In this document: positions 36,565-50,924 of the stretch, piece after piece | Layout: the number at the start of each line of letters is the position of its first letter | How positions within the stretch are numbered: position 1 is the first letter of the stretch | From: Zygnema circumcarinatum SAG 698-1b | Lineage: Eukaryota; Plantae; Zygnematophyceae | Reading direction: 5' to 3' | DNA length: 64,000 bases | Assembly: GCA_037447605.1 (NCBI GenBank) | Contig: CM074806.1 | Coordinates: 1,860,001 to 1,924,000, forward strand | Program-made: the position numbers and the translations under genes | The notes under the pieces: generated by a model | What the model was told of the DNA's origin: nothing | The model's input: the letters and a program-made list of their open reading frames with translations, nothing else | Databases searched by the model: none

Positions 36565-36664
36565 NNNNNNNNNNNNNNNNNNNNNNNNNNNNNNNNNNNN
36601 NNNNNNNNNNNNNNNNNNNNNNNNNNNNNNNNNNNNNNNNNNNNNNNNNNNNNNNNNNNNNNNN

Positions 36665-38140
36665 ACTTTAGGGCGCATCGTCCTGTACTTCCTCACCGGC
36701 CGGGCCCCAGTGGTCATGCCGGGGACCACCTAGGACCGATAGGTCTTAGGATCGAATCTGGGCGAAACGCGAAGGGTTTCCGTAACGCTTTTTGAATCTT
36801 TAACCGTCCGCATAATTACGGGTAACCCGGCACGATCAATCGACCGCTACCAAGGCGCCAGGATCCTCGCCGTGCATCGACGTGACGGGCGGCAAGCGCC
36901 GCTGCCGCGATACAAGGCCGCTGAACGCCGGGCGCAGCGCCGACGCTGCACCTCCCACCATTCGGGTCGAGATCTTACACGCGGGCGGTTGCCACCGGGA
37001 CGTTCTTCTGCTTCCAATCCTCCATGCCGTAGGGAGGTTCAATCTGGGAAGCATAGCAGGTTGGCCGCCGCCAACCAACCAACGTACCGGCATTCGGTTG
37101 CACCCCTGACCAGGGCTGCGCCACTCTCTGAAGCTCTCGCTCTTGCTCTCGCCCTCTCGCTGAACTCTGAGTGCTGGTGTGTTATTCCGCGCAGGTTGAA
37201 GGAGTTAGATTTCAGCCGTTACATATCGTGGCGGATGCGGTATGTGGCCCAAGTTGAAGATGAAGAAAGTTTTGAGCTTCATCCGGGCATGTGTTTTCCT
37301 TCCCTTAAGCCCTGCCCCTTGCACCAACACGCGCAACTCGGAAAGGGACTTGACCGGGATTATCGCCGAGCCCTGCCGGTTATCACGTAGAGTTCGACGC
37401 GTGCCGTTGAAAGTACAAGCTGCCTTTACCACCCCACACCTGTGAACGAGGGCGTTCACATTCTCACAGGGGGGAGTAATGTAGTGAAACGCTACAGTCA
37501 TCCATGGGAGGTGTACTTAGGGCGCACTCCGTCCTTGTACCCTCGCCGGGGCGCCGACCGAGTGGCTAGGGCGCCGGGCACCACCTAGGAAGGTCCTAGG
37601 ATCGAACCTTGCGAAAATGCAAGGGTTCGATACGGCGCGATATACGTAGGTATATATATCGCGTCGCCGATTTGGTCGAGGATTAGCAAAGTAGTCCTTC
37701 ATCGCCATATCTTCCTTTAACGCTTTTGGGACCGCGGAACTGGCCGGCCCTCGCATGTGATACGGGTTACCGCTGGTACGACGACGACACCGATCTTCCG
37801 CCGCTGTTGTGATCCTCGGGTAGTGCACTCTGACAGACGCGCGCGCCGGCGCGCGCTCGCGGAACGCTGGGCGAAGAAGCCAGACGTTGTAAAATTCTTT
37901 TGACCCCGCTCGGGTCGACGCATACGTGGCAGATTGCCATTGGATTTCGCTTCCAATCTCCATGTTGCAGGAGGTTCCCACGGGGTATGCGGGTGACTGG
38001 CCGTCACTCCAACCAACGCATCGGCATACGTTGTATTCCCCGCCTAGGGTCAGCGCTCTCGAAGCTCTCTCTCTCTCTCTCTCTTTTCTTGATTGTTCGG
38101 GCCGAAAAGTGTGTTGAGTGTTATTCGCCAAGCACGCACC
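36665..38140 (+). mobile_element. Degraded or duplicated chromovirus LTR segments (LTR end 37223, next LTR start 37480)
   Basis: 37069-37697 appears identical to 32629-33257; the flanks are error-rich. Confidence 0.65.
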
Positions 38141-38279
38141 GGAGGGGATACCCCCGGCTGCATGCAACGCCATGGGCCACCCCAAGGGAAGGATTACTAA
38201 AGCCCGGCGCGGCCTTATGTTTCCATCCAATGCTGCATTCCACGGTTAGGCATCTGATACTCTATAGGACGACATCGAG

Positions 38280-41200
38280 TGTAACAACCTCGCCGGCAAA
38301 GCCGCCTCGGGCGTCTGGGCGTGTCGAAGAGGGAGGAGAGAGAGAGAGAGAGAGGAGCGAGCCAAATGCTGGTACAAAGAGCTTCCTGATGGTCTTCCCA
38401 CCGGGCAGCCCCTTAAGCTCCCCCTCGCTGGAACCCCCTACCAGCAGGACCCGAGCGGACCGCCTCAATCGGCTCCCGCCATGCGGCGGAGATCCTTAGC
38501 CGAATTATCGGGCCGTGAGCCACAAGCCCGCGGGTCTCACAAGATCTTCATCGCGCGCCGCGACGCGGCGCTGCCGTCGCGGTACCGCGTATCGCTGGCA
38601 CCGACAGAAATGACTCGCCACCGGCCCGCATGTAAAGACGACGGTACTTGTCAAAGATGCTGCCGCGATTCGCGTCGCGCCGCTGAAGCGGTGTGCGCCG
38701 ACGCGGCGGCGGCGCTACGCCGATTCTGGCTGGTGATCTGTATAGCCGAAAAAGAGGTCTCGTACCTGTACGGACGACCAAAGATGATCCAAAAAGAGAT
38801 CCCTTGCCCGCGGCAAGGATCGAGCCCAAGACCTCTTGTGGTCTCGGCAGCGTCTTAGCCTATCGGCTAGACGCTGAGATGAAGGGATAGTCATAGTATC
38901 ACTATGAGTACGCCTCCAGGGTCACGCCGCTGTAGCGTTACGCCTACATTACTCCCCTCAGGAGTATGCGAACGCCGCTCACCGGGAGAAGTAATCTGGC
39001 GTTCTCGCCAGCTTTGCGAGGTATTCGCTCTTCGCCTCGCGGGTGTGTACGGGAGGCTCGCCAAGTAATCCCCGCCAAGTCCCTTTCCTCTCGAGTAGCG
39101 CTGCGGATCGTTCGGGAACCCCCAGTCAGCATTTCCCGCCGCCACGCCGGGTTCAGCCCCGTGCTATAATCTCAGAGCTTCCTCGGTATATTTTGGTCGT
39201 GATTACCACGTTCCCACGCATATGTTCAACCCCATAGCCTAACCATTTCACGGTGATATTCGCGGGCGGAAAGTCTGACCTCTATCATCAGCTCCCCGTG
39301 GTGTTCAATGGCTTCAACCTCATATCACTCTAGATCACCTTCAACTTCCACCGGAGGGGAGGTGGTTGGATTCTCCCATCGCTATGTATGCCTTAAGAAG
39401 ACCCACATGAAAGACCGGATGCACTTTCATATGAGCCGGTAAAGCCAACCAGTAAGCGACCTCACCGATTCGCTTCACGACCGTAAAAGGTCCCATGAAG
39501 CGAGGGGCTACAACTTACCGTTCACGTGAAGTTCGTAAGTTCGACAGTGTTTCCACAGCATTCTATCGCCTCAAATAAGTTGTTAATGCAGCACGCATTT
39601 ATCATCAAGATAGCTTCTTCTCGCCATGACTGGCCGCTAATGTGGTCTCAGCTTTGCCTCCTCTCAGAACGCCGGACATTTTCCGAGTGAAAGCACTAAC
39701 GGCGGGAGGTTGACTCCCGCCAGCTCCTCTCATGCCCCAAGGATCTGGGAGCCTGTGAACATCCATGTTCCACACATCTGGCTGCTGATCTCTTGGCTGC
39801 AGGGGATTTAGAGGATGCTGACCAAAGTTCAAGAAGAAAGGAGTGGTACCGATTGATTCCTGGAATGCATTGTTAATGGCATACTCAGCCACCGGGAGCA
39901 GTTCATCCCATCCATCCGATGGGTCCCACATAATGCCCTTCACATAGTCTTCCGTAATCCCGTTCACCCGCCAGCTTAATATCCAATTGAGGGTGGAAGG
40001 TCGCATCAGAGTCGCTTAGCTCCGGAGAACCGAGGATTTCCTTAAATGGCCGTGAATCGGTATCACGACCAGATGATCTCGCATTGAAGTCCATGTTGAC
40101 TCCAGACCTTGTCAACATATAGCCGTGCTATCTCGTCGGCTCTCGCTGTCTTAGCAGTGGCTGCAAAATGCACCATCTTGCTCAGGCGGTCGACAAACAC
40201 GAGGATGGAGTCAACACCCCGAGCGGTCACAGGCAAGTCTGTGATCAGGTCCATACCCACACTTTCCCACTTCTTGTAAGGAGGGGCGAGGGGCTGGAGC
40301 AAGCCAGGCACCGATCCGGTGCGAGGCTTATCCCGTTGACAAGTTGGGCATGCGTGTAGCGAAACGCTACAGTCACCCCAAGGGTGAAGGGTTACTTAGA
40401 GCCCGGCGTGGCTTTATGTTTCCATCCAATGCAGTACCTAACGGTTAGGGCATCGGATACCCTATAGGACGACGGAGGTCCTAGGTTCGAACCGTAAGAA
40501 CTGGTTCACCCGTGGGGCTGCCACATAATCTCTATGGGCCCCACGTCACCGGCCAAGGTCCCCTCCTCTCAGCGTAGAGGAGGATCACGGACTAACGGCA
40601 CCACGTGACCAATCCGTTCAAGGATTGATCTCGGCCGCGCTCCGGATCCCCTTTGGATTCTTCTTCCGCTCGTCCGTACAATAATCTGGGCACCCGCTGG
40701 TACGGACGGATCGCCGGGCCGACCCGCTGCCGCTGCCGTAGGGCTCGACCGCACCGATTTCACGGGCGGGCGCTGTCAAGGTTACAAGGCCATGAATGCG
40801 GCGAGCATTCGTATTGCTTGTACACCTCTCACCCATTCGAAATGAGAGGGACACGGGCAGTTCCGCCATTGGATGTTTCGCCTAACTCTCCATGCCGGTG
40901 AGGTTCAACGGGGAAGCGTATATGGTGGGTGACTGCTGTCACCAACTAACGCATCGCATACGGTTGCACGCGCCATCCCGGCTGTTCCCCACTCAAGCGC
41001 CCCTCTCTCTCGGCCCTCTCATTCTCGAATCCTCGCTTTGCCGAGGCCGGGTTGAGTGCAATTCCGCGCAGGCTGAAGAAGGTAGATTTCAGCTGTTACA
41101 TTGGTATCAGAGCCGCGTTGCGGCCTTCTTCTTTTGGGAGAACCTAGTGGGTCATGGTGACCACTCGCCGGGCCGGAGGGGACCCGGGGCCCTCGGGGCC

Positions 41201-44200
41201 GCCACCTCCACCTCCCGTTCCCCGGGACGAGGAGATGGAGGAGAACTCGGAGACTACGCCCGTCCCTATGGAGGGGCCGAGTCCCGAGCCCACGGGTGAT
41301 CAAGGTCACCCGGAGACCACCGCCCCTCTCCCCACCCAACCGGAGCCCGTGGCTCCGGTAGAAGCCTCAACTGGGCCCTACCCCATGATCGGGGCCCACA
41401 TCACCATGGGCGCGCCCGTAAGATGAGGAATGATTGAGGATCTGGGAAGAGCGCGGAGGGAGCGTAACGTGAATACGCTGAGCCGCCAAGGAAGGTGGAC
41501 GCATATGGAGCTCACGGCCCCGGCCTGGTGACACGCCCAAATGGAGTTCGAGCCTTTCGGACAGTTCCGGCGATCGAGAAGGTATGCCCCAACCCCTCAG
41601 TCAGAGAGGCAAAGTGGGATGCAAAGCAGTCCTGGGGAAGGGGTTAGGTGTTACTCCTGCAGAGCGCTGTCGTCCTCACGTCTTCAACCGGAAGTCAGCT
41701 GAAGCACCGCGTAAGTCCGACCGTTTTCCACGGGGAAGTCACTCCCATGGGGTGGCGCAACCACCTAAGAAGGGGACCCCGTCGGGGCAACGGCCGGGGC
41801 GGAGGGATCCTACCGGATCGCCCCCGCGAACCTATCAGGATGCCCGACGAATCGAGGCCAAGGTGGCCCCTCTTCCTTTTTGGGGCGAATATTCTTACCA
41901 CCCGGGACCGCCGGATGTATTGAGCAAAGGGTTGGGTCAAACGTAAGGGTTACCTTCTTATGCACTAACGCCCTCCAAAGGTAAGCTTTTGTTACTCAAG
42001 ACTCGTGAGGAGTCGCATACCGTGTGTAAGGAGGGCTCTCTCGGATGAGATTGGGGACGCATTGGGATAAGTTCGTAGATGAACTTAATAAACACTCCTT
42101 TAGCCTTGACTCGCCGAGTGCCCTGATAGAATACACATGATTAACACACGACCATCCCGAACAGAACTTGCATTTTGATGCAGCTATTCGGGCTTGACGC
42201 CGCCTCGGGCAGCGCGAGCGTAGCCCTTCCCCACCTCAGAGGTCGGGCGACGCGGACAGGTCGGGAAGGCGGGATTTCGTACTCGCCAAACCGGGCAGAA
42301 AAGAACAGTTTAGCAACCGAAGTGGCCGCCTCGCCCACCCACCGCATCGGCCGCTAGTTGACCTGTGAGGAAATGGAGAAGATGCACCGATGAACAAGTG
42401 TTTCCGCTGTCGCTAGTGAGGGGCACAAGGCCCGGATTGCCCCCTCTCTCAACACCAAGGACAAGAAGGGCAGGTCGAAAATTCCCAACCCACCGCCAGC
42501 CTTTAGGGGTCGTTGTCGTGGACATGCTAGGCTGGGGAGGGAAATGGGCCGCCGTCGTGATAAAAGACTCTGTTTCTGTGAACCCCGGAGATTTTAACTT
42601 GTACGTGCCTTTGGGAGTGCAAGATCTCTTTGTGTTTGATGTACTCCCTTCTTCCATTTCTCTCTCTCCTGCCACTGTAGTGACTCCTTCTGGGTTTATG
42701 GATGTCGTGATGAATGGTGATTGGCATGTCTTTATCCTCAATGTCATGGGCGATGATGTTCTCATGCAATGTGCCATGGATGCTTTGCATGTCATGGGAA
42801 ACACCTCCCATGTCCTTGGGCTGCATGTGCTGGTTCCTCAGCACATGGCAGTTCGCACCTTTCCCAACGCCACTTGGCGGTTGGTGAAACAGTTGAGGAA
42901 AGGGCACACGTTGGTGCAAGAGATGGAAGGATCCACCAGCTTGCTGGTTGGCTCACCCTACACATTGGTGTGGAGGACGACTCGTCCTCAACCTTCGCAT
43001 ATAGTGCGATCTATGTTCCACCTTGCCCATCGTGCCATGACCTTCATCGGATCGCCAATGGTCACCCAGCAGTTCTACTGCTAGATACTGGGGCATATGC
43101 TAACTTTGTTAGTTCTGCTCACCCGTAGATTTGCTGACCATGATCCTCATTCGTAAAGTGTGACTTTCGGGATGGACGCATGGGCCGACTCCGGTAGCGC
43201 CACACTCAAGATCAAGTCTAACCCCCATTCGCGCCAAGGTCTTCTAACACAACCGCCCCGTAATATGTTATTTTGGGGGCAGCTTGGTTAACCATGGTCA
43301 GTAATGTAAATGGACTTTTCGCCCCACATTGCATTCTCGCGACAAAGGGTGACAGCGGCTTACCCCGCACTCGGCAGAGCTACACCGGCCGCTATCGGGC
43401 GTACCGCTATCCCTTTATCTCGCCAAACTATGCAATTGGCCAAAGCAGTTAAGGAGGGATGCACCTTGTTCATGGTGCATGTCATGACAGCCACTGAGGA
43501 TGTTCATGACGAAGATCAGGAGTGGCAGATCACATCTACTGACGTGCTCTCCACTGTTCCCTCCCAGTTCCAACCTCTGTTGGATGAATTCAGGGATGTC
43601 TTCCCTGATGACCTTCCAAGAGGGTTGCCCCCATCGAGAGGGGTGGGGCACACAATCCCTCTTGAGCCTGAGCAAAAGCCGCCTTGGCGGCCGATCTATC
43701 GGTTAAGCCCGAAAGAAACCGAGGAGATGCGAAAGCAGTTGGCAACTTTACGTGAAAAGGGCTGGATAGAACCCAGTCAAAGCCCCTTTGGGGCGCCCAT
43801 CTTGTTTGTTGGGAAGAAAGATGGTTCGTTGAGGATGTGCATTGATTATCGCGCACTCAACAAGATCACCGTAAAGAACCGTTTTGCTTTACCACGTATT
43901 GATGATCTGTTGGATCGTCTTCACGGCGCCAGAGTGTTTACTTCACTCGATCTTGCTCAGGGGTACCATCAAATCCGTGTTACTAAGCTGATGCGCAAAT
44001 CAAGGTTCCTGACGCCGGACATTGGCTCATTTCCAATATAAGGTGTTGCCCCTTTTGATTGACTAATGCCCGCCACTTTCCCCAGTCGGGCCATGAACTA
44101 GATGTCTCTACGCATATCGAGTTTGTTTTAATTTACCTCGATGATATCCTTGTCTTCAGTAAGACAGAGGTGGAACATCTTGAACACGTTCGGAAAGTGT

Positions 44201-47200
44201 TTGAGACCCTGAGAAAACACCAGTTTTATGCCAAGAGGAAAAAGTGTCACTTCATGCAACGTGAGTTGCTCTATCTTGGGCATATCTTGAATGATCAGGG
44301 TCTTCGGCCTGATCCTGCCAAAGTTTCAGCGGTAGAAACTTGGGCGCCACCGACTGACTTGCATCAGTTGAGGTCCTTCTTGGGATTTGCGAATTATTTT
44401 CGTAAGTTCATCCAAGGGTTTAGTAAGTTGGTTACTCCCTTGACTAATTTGACACGTTCCGGTGTCCCCTTTACATGGGCCCCTGAATGCCAGGATGCAT
44501 TCGAAGGTGTGCGCCATGCACTTGTTACCGCACCCACTCTCCGTTTAGCGGACCCGTCCAAGCCTTATGAAGTGGTTTGTGATGNNNNNNNNNNGACCCC
44601 GCGCCGCGCGCGCGTAGGCTCGGACCGTGCACCGACGTACGGCGGCGCGTCGCGTCGCGGCGCGCGCCGCGGAATGCGGCGAGCATTCGTACGTTGTACA
44701 CCTCTGACCCATTCGAGTCAGAGAGGGACACGTGGCAGTCTGCCATTGGACAGCCCTGCTTCCAATCCTCCATGCTGGTAGGAGGTTCAACGGGGGAAGC
44801 GTAAAGGGGCGAGGGTGACTGTCGTCACCCAACCAACGTACCGGCATACGGTTGCACGGCCATCCCGGGCTGCTCCCCACTCTGAAGCGCCCTCTCTCTC
44901 TCTGAAGCCCTCTCATTCTGAGTGCTGGTTGAGTGCAATTCCGCGCAGGCTGAAGAAGGTAGATTTCAGCTGTTACAATGCGAGTACATATGCCTCCACG
45001 TCCGTTGTAATTCCGGGCCACCAGAATTCCCGGAGCAGTGCTTCACGGGTTTTGGCAACTCCCATATGGCCTCTGTACGGTGGATCGTGCATCTCACTCA
45101 GTATGAGCTGCCGTACAGATCCAGCCTTGGGTACGACTAACTGCTTATCGTGGTACCAAAAACCGTCCTTGAGCACGAGCTTGTCCTTATAGCCATTGCC
45201 TTGGCCGTCCAGGAACAAAGGATCACCAGTGTACCCCTCCTGAATCATCTGTCTGAAATCAGAGAGAGCAGGAGGGTTGACTACGTCATTGGTGGAGGGG
45301 TTTATGACAAAACATACTGGAGATGTAAACGCTGTTGGCCGGCCCTTCGTCCACACCTCTCGTACCACCAACACTCGAGTCGACGAGCGCATCATCCAGG
45401 CTAGATGATCGCCGTTCCGCTAAGGGCCTGGCATTCAGCCCTGTGCCCGTCAGATACCCACTTGCAAATAACCGTTGAGGAACTCAGACCAACGCGGCCG
45501 CCGAAGAGTTTGCCGAGTGAGAGGAACGCTGGCATGTGGTCGGTGACCAACAGGATCGCCACCGCCTCCAGATAGCAACGCCATGTCCTCGTGGCGGAAC
45601 TACGCTCAAGAGCTCCTCGCTCGTATGAGTAGTTTCGCCACCGGGTTCATCTGGCACTTTCGTAAGCAAAAGAGGTTGGTCGCCTTGGAACAAGACCGCA
45701 CCCAAAGCGAACCCAGAGGCGTCACATACCACCTCGTATGGTAAGGTGGGATCAGCCAACCTCAACGTAGGTGCTGTCACAAGCGCATGTCTAACACCAT
45801 CAAAGGCCGTCTGGCATTCTGGCGTCCATGCATAAGCGACACCGGAACGTGTCAAATTGGTAAGCGGTGTCACCAATTTACTGAAGCCTTGGATGAATTT
45901 ACGGAAGTAATTCGCAAATCCAAGAAAAGACCGCAACTGATGAAGATCAGCCGGTACAGCCCATGTCTTTACAGCAGACACCTTGGCTGGATCAGGTTTA
46001 AGGCCCTGATCATTCAAGATATGCCCCAGGTACAACAACTCACGTTGCATGAAGTTACACTTCTTTCGCTTGGCATAAAACGTGTGTTTTCGCAACACCT
46101 CGAACACTTTGCGCACATGCACAAGGTGCTCAGCGTCCGTCTTGCTGAATACCAGGATATCATCCAGGTAGACCAGGACGAACTCATCCATGCCGATGAA
46201 CATCTCGTTCATCACGGCTTGGAAAGTAGCCGGAGCGTTGGTCAGTCCAAAAGGTAGCACCTTGTATTGGAAGTGACCGATCGGCGTCCGAAATGCCGTC
46301 TTAGGCACATCAGCATCCGTGACTCGGATCTGATGGTACCCCTGGGCAAGGTCGAGCGAGGTGAACACCTTCGCCCCCTGCAGACGATCTAGCAGATCGT
46401 CGATGCGCGGTAAAGCAAACCTGTTCTTTACCGTTATCTTATTGAGTGCCCGATAATCGATGCACATTCTCAAAGATCCATCCTTCTTGCCAACGAAGAG
46501 GATGGGAGCCCCAAAGGGACTCTGGCTGGGTTCAATCCAGCCCTTATCACGCAGATTAGCGAGTTGCTTTCGCATCTCCTCAGTCTCCTTCGGACTAAGC
46601 CTATAGATAGGCCTCCAAGGAGGTTTCTGTTCTGGCTCAAGGGGTATGGTATGCCCCACCCCGCGGGCTGGAGGCAAACCCCTTGGCAGATCGTCTGGGA
46701 ACACATCCTCAAACGCCGTCAACAAAGGTTGAAACAAAGCTGGGACAGTAGGCATTGTCTCACCCGCAGTGGGTTGCCACTCCTGATCCTCCTCATGAGC
46801 ATCCTCGGTTGTCGTCATGACTTGCACCATAAACAAGATGCTATTCGTTTTCAGGGCCTTGCCAATTTGCATGGCAGAGCACAGAAACGACAAAGACGAC
46901 TGCGAAGAGGCCGGTCCGGAAGGACTGCCTGGTTGCAGCGTTATGCGTCTACCTTCACTACGGAGGACGCAATTAGGGACAACAAAATCTAACTGAGCCC
47001 CCATAAGAGTCAGCCATTTGCTCCCCAAGATAAAGTCTGTCCCTGGGGCCAAAAATGTCAACAAGTAGTTGACTACCCCAGAGTATGACTGAATCTTCAA
47101 TTTCACGCTGACGCTGCCAGAAATCTGACCCGTGCGTCCATCCCCAAAAGTTACACTATCGGAATGAGGCTGGACTGCAAACCCTGCAGTCCTGACAAAG

Positions 47201-49085
47201 GCTGCACTAACAAAGTTAGCGTCCGCGCCAGTGTCCAGCAGTACCACTGCTGAGTGCCCATCGGCCGAGCCTTGGAAGGTCATAGCACGATGAGCCAAGT
47301 GGAAAATGGACCGTAGCACATTGGGTGCGTGGGGGCGAGCAGTCCTCCACACAAGGGAATGAGGGGACTTCACCAGCGCACTGGTGGGAGATCCCTGCAT
47401 CCACCTAAGAAGGGGGAAGCCCTTCTTCCATAGCTTTACCACTTTCCAATCAGTCTGTGGATAAGCCCTCACTGCCACATGTTGTGGGAGCAGGACTCGC
47501 AGACTGAGCACATGGTCCTTCGACCGCAGCAAGCGCAAGGCATCAAATGCACATTGCACTAAGGCATCACTGCCCATGGCATTCAAGATAATGACATGCC
47601 ATTCATTCATCAAGGCAGCATTCGGAAATGCTGATGGAGTCACAGACATAGAAGGTAGCAAGGAAGAATCAGCAGGGAATGCATCGCACACAAACAACAG
47701 ATTCCCACTGAAAACTCCCCCAATCACATTAAGAATGTCATGTGTCTTCGGGATACAACATTCCATCCTAGTGATGGCAGCCAACGTGCTGCCCCCTCTA
47801 CTGTCAAGCCCACCGGCAGAGACTCCTAAACTGCTGGTGGGGAGCCGNNNNNNNNNNGCCTTGCGGCCGGCATAGACACTCCATGCCACGCCCCTCAAAG
47901 CGGGTGAAGCAAAGTTCACCCATTGATCGGGAGGGCATTGGGTAGCACACAGGTACCCACGCACTTGCCCCATCCAATGATCAATTGGGCAATCGGAATT
48001 CGGCCGATCTCCCCATAAGGAGATCGGGGGAACCTTCGCCCGATTTCTCGGGGGAGGATCCCGCATAGCCGGGGTAGATCCACCAATGTGGTCGCCCCGT
48101 CCGCCAGCAGCGCCAGCCGAAGGTGGATTGCTGCCTGGCGGTCCGCCCCCTCCTTCAAAAGGAACGGCCGCTGCCGCTTCCCCGCCGGCGAGAAGTAGCC
48201 GGGCGTACGGGCGATTCTGTCCCTCGGGCCGGAGCTTCAGATCTATATCGCCCGCCGCTGTGAGTAAGCCGGACGAAGCAGAGGTACCTATACACCCACG
48301 GGCGCCGCAGCCTCTATCACCGCAGAGTCAGCCAGCTTCCCATCAGACCGCCAAGATTGCTGTGAGGGAGGCCGCTTGGCCAAAGGGTCGAGGGGGAGGG
48401 TCCCCACGTTCAGTAAGCCCTGCCAAGATTCGCCAGGAGGCGCCCCACATTTTGCTGAAACGCGTCTTGCTGGCTCGCCATACGAGCCAGCGCCTCTTCC
48501 AGCGCGGAAAAGCGCTTATCTGCGCTGGCCTCCGCTCGTCGGAGGACTTCATCCCCATCCACGGGGATGGGCACCCCCATACTGACCGGGGGTGTCCGGG
48601 TGCTCGCTCCGCCGAGGGGCAGCCCCTTCCACTGGCCGCTCGGTGAGGCGCCGCCGCCTTACGCGGCCGCTGACCGGCGGCCGCTTCCTCGCGCCGGGCC
48701 GGGTCGCTAAGTTCGCCCCCGCAGTAGCAGCGCAGCCGGAGGTGGACCAGGGGCCTTGACCGCGTCCATGGGGCTCGGGTCGCTGCCCCCGTTCGCGCCT
48801 TGTCCACGCCCTCAATCTCGGGAGAAGGGGAGGAGTGGGCGCGACGCCATCTCGCCGACGCCGCCTCGCATTGCCCGCCAGAGCTTGCCGCCCCCACCCA
48901 AAAGAAAGCCCGCGATCTAAACGCGGCTCTGATACCACTGTAACAACCTGCCCCCTGGCAGGCTGCTCTGAAAGTCTAAGTGTCGAAGAGGGGAGGAGAG
49001 AGAGAGAGGAGCGTGAGCTCAATGCTGGTACAAAGAGCTCGGATGGTCTCCCCTCCGGGCGCAGCCCCCTTGAGCTCCCCCCGTT
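38280..49085 (-). mobile_element. Divergent chromovirus G6 (3' LTR 38280-38948; pol; PBS 48926-48937; 5' LTR end 48939-49085) with a nested element
   Basis: ORF 45484-48066 carries the extra domain, DTGADANF, YLDD and RNase H. The integrase zinc-finger YVL|ACPTCQ is split by the insertion at 40355-44977. PBS TGGTATCAGAGC (tRNA-iMet); PPT GGGGAGTAA at 38949. Confidence 0.85.
40355..44977 (+). mobile_element. Chromovirus nested in G6 integrase, 5-bp TSD ATGCG
   Basis: ATGCG at 40350-40354 and 44978-44982; 5' LTR 40355-41100; PBS TGGTATCAGAGC 41102-41113; gag, extra domain, RT; gap; 3' LTR end ...CAGCTGTTACA. Confidence 0.88.
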
Positions 49086-49275
49086 NNNNNNNNNNCTGTC
49101 GTCACTCAACCAACGTACCGGCATACGGTTGCACGCCCATCCCGGGCTGCTCCCCTCTCTGAAGCACTCTCTCTCTCGCGCTCCCTCTCTGAACTCTGCT
49201 GGCTGGTAGATCGGGTGCGAATTCCGCGTACAGCTGAAGAGGCAGTTTTCAGCCGTGACACCTGCGGTCGTTACA

Positions 49276-50845
49276 GCAATGATAGAAGCAAGCTGAAAGA
49301 ACAAGTCAAAACCACCCTCGCCCGTGTCGGGAGAAAAGACATCTCGAAATAACTCATAAACCATGCCTAACGGCCCCCCGGCAGACAAATGGGGAGACCG
49401 AGTGACCGCCCGAGCAAAAGCGACACGATCCAACACAAAGGCATCAACAGGTTCAAAGGTGTCAATGAAGGAAGGGAGGGCCGCCGGGGCGACATGGTGG
49501 AGAGTGCGCAAGCTATCTAAAGTGGCAAGGGTCGCTGGAGCAAGCGTGAAAGGACGCAAAGCCCGAGCAGCACGAGATAGCTCCCCATTACGACCCAACT
49601 GAACCGCTCGACGATGCCGGGCAGGGGCGTCAGAAAGGGAAGGCAAACGACTAGTGGTCGATGTAGACAAGGCACAAATCCGATCTGCATGCTCAGTCTG
49701 CAAAAGCTCCCAATCCCCCGCTGAAAAACGAATGCACCGCCGACGGGTCTCACGAATGGCACTAGCCCCACCACGAGGGGGTAAGACTAAAACCCAAAGA
49801 GGGAAAAGATGAAGGAGATGCCATGCACCAACATCAGACGGATCACCCACAAGGCGAGCATGGGGCAAGCGCAAGGCATCACGCACACAAACACGCAAGG
49901 CTCGTGGGATACGAGCATAAAGACGGGGACGACGAGACCCAAGAAAGAAAGATCCAAGGACATCAAGAGATTGGGCATAGGCCCAAGCTGACAGACTAGG
50001 CCACGCATGCAGGGAAGGCCTACGAGAGGCAGGGGCTGGGGTAGAAGAAGAGGGAGGAGGAGAAGGGGCTGCAAAAGGACGGGCAGGACAAGCACGCTCA
50101 TGCAAAGCCATTCCAGCACCCTGGGCAAAACAAGCCCCACAATGAATACAAGGAACCCTAGGTACGACCCGCCGAGGGCGAGGGCGAGCAGCAGCATGAG
50201 GGACAGAGCCAGGGCCAAGGACAGGAGGAGCAACAGCAACAGACGAGAATGCAAGGGGTGGGGCAGGAGGAGCAGCAGGAGATGAGAGAGAAAAGGGGGG
50301 GTAGGGCAGGAGGAGCAACTACAGACGAAGGAGCAAGGGGGGGCGAAAGAGAAAGGGAAGGAGAGGGGGAAGGAGAGGACGATTGAAGAGGGGATCCCGC
50401 CATGGCGAAGGAGACCAAAGGCACCGACAGAGCCGGCGCAGACGAAAGCCACCACGCCGCAATGTGATGCCACGATCGCAGCCGGTGGAGCCCATAGGAA
50501 TGCGGCAGCCCTGGCTGTGGGGGCAAGCGCGCACCTGCAAACAAAGGAATAACGGAATGGCAAGGCAAGAAACGACAGCGGGATGCAAAGGACGCCCTAA
50601 CGCAAAGCACAGCGAAGGGGATTAGAAAAACAAGCACAAAAGCAGAAAAAAGGGCAGAAAAAAGGGCAGAAAAAGAGACAAAAAGAAGGGAAAACAAAGA
50701 CGAACGAAAACAAAAACAAAACAGAACAAAAACAAAGACACACAAAAGCAAGAAACAGCAAGCGCAAAGCAGCGGGACACGCCGCAAGGGGGTGAACGAG
50801 GGGCCGCCACGTGGCAGCGGCGCGGGCGGAGAGCCGCAACGGTGA

Positions 50846-50847
<2 letters not shown>
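49276..50847 (-). mobile_element. CRE-clade element, 5' part (zinc finger and pre-RT region)
   Basis: CIHCGACF...LHERAC C2HC finger; G.LSRAARAL; SAGGPLGMVYE...FDLFFQLASIIA, which continues in frame into IAQG at 24102 across the duplicated ATTGC. Confidence 0.85.
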
Positions 50848-50876
<29 letters not shown>

Positions 50877-50887
50877 GNNNNNNNNNN

Positions 50888-50922
<35 letters not shown>
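50848..50922. repeat. Poly-G tract (with N gap)
   Basis: Directly visible homopolymer at the CRE 5' junction. Confidence 0.9.

Positions 50923-50924
<2 letters not shown>

Noticed and set aside
48549-49275. C-terminal part of the 589-aa ORF as CRE protein
   Set aside because: Beyond 49276 the frame simply reads through LTR sequence and an N gap.
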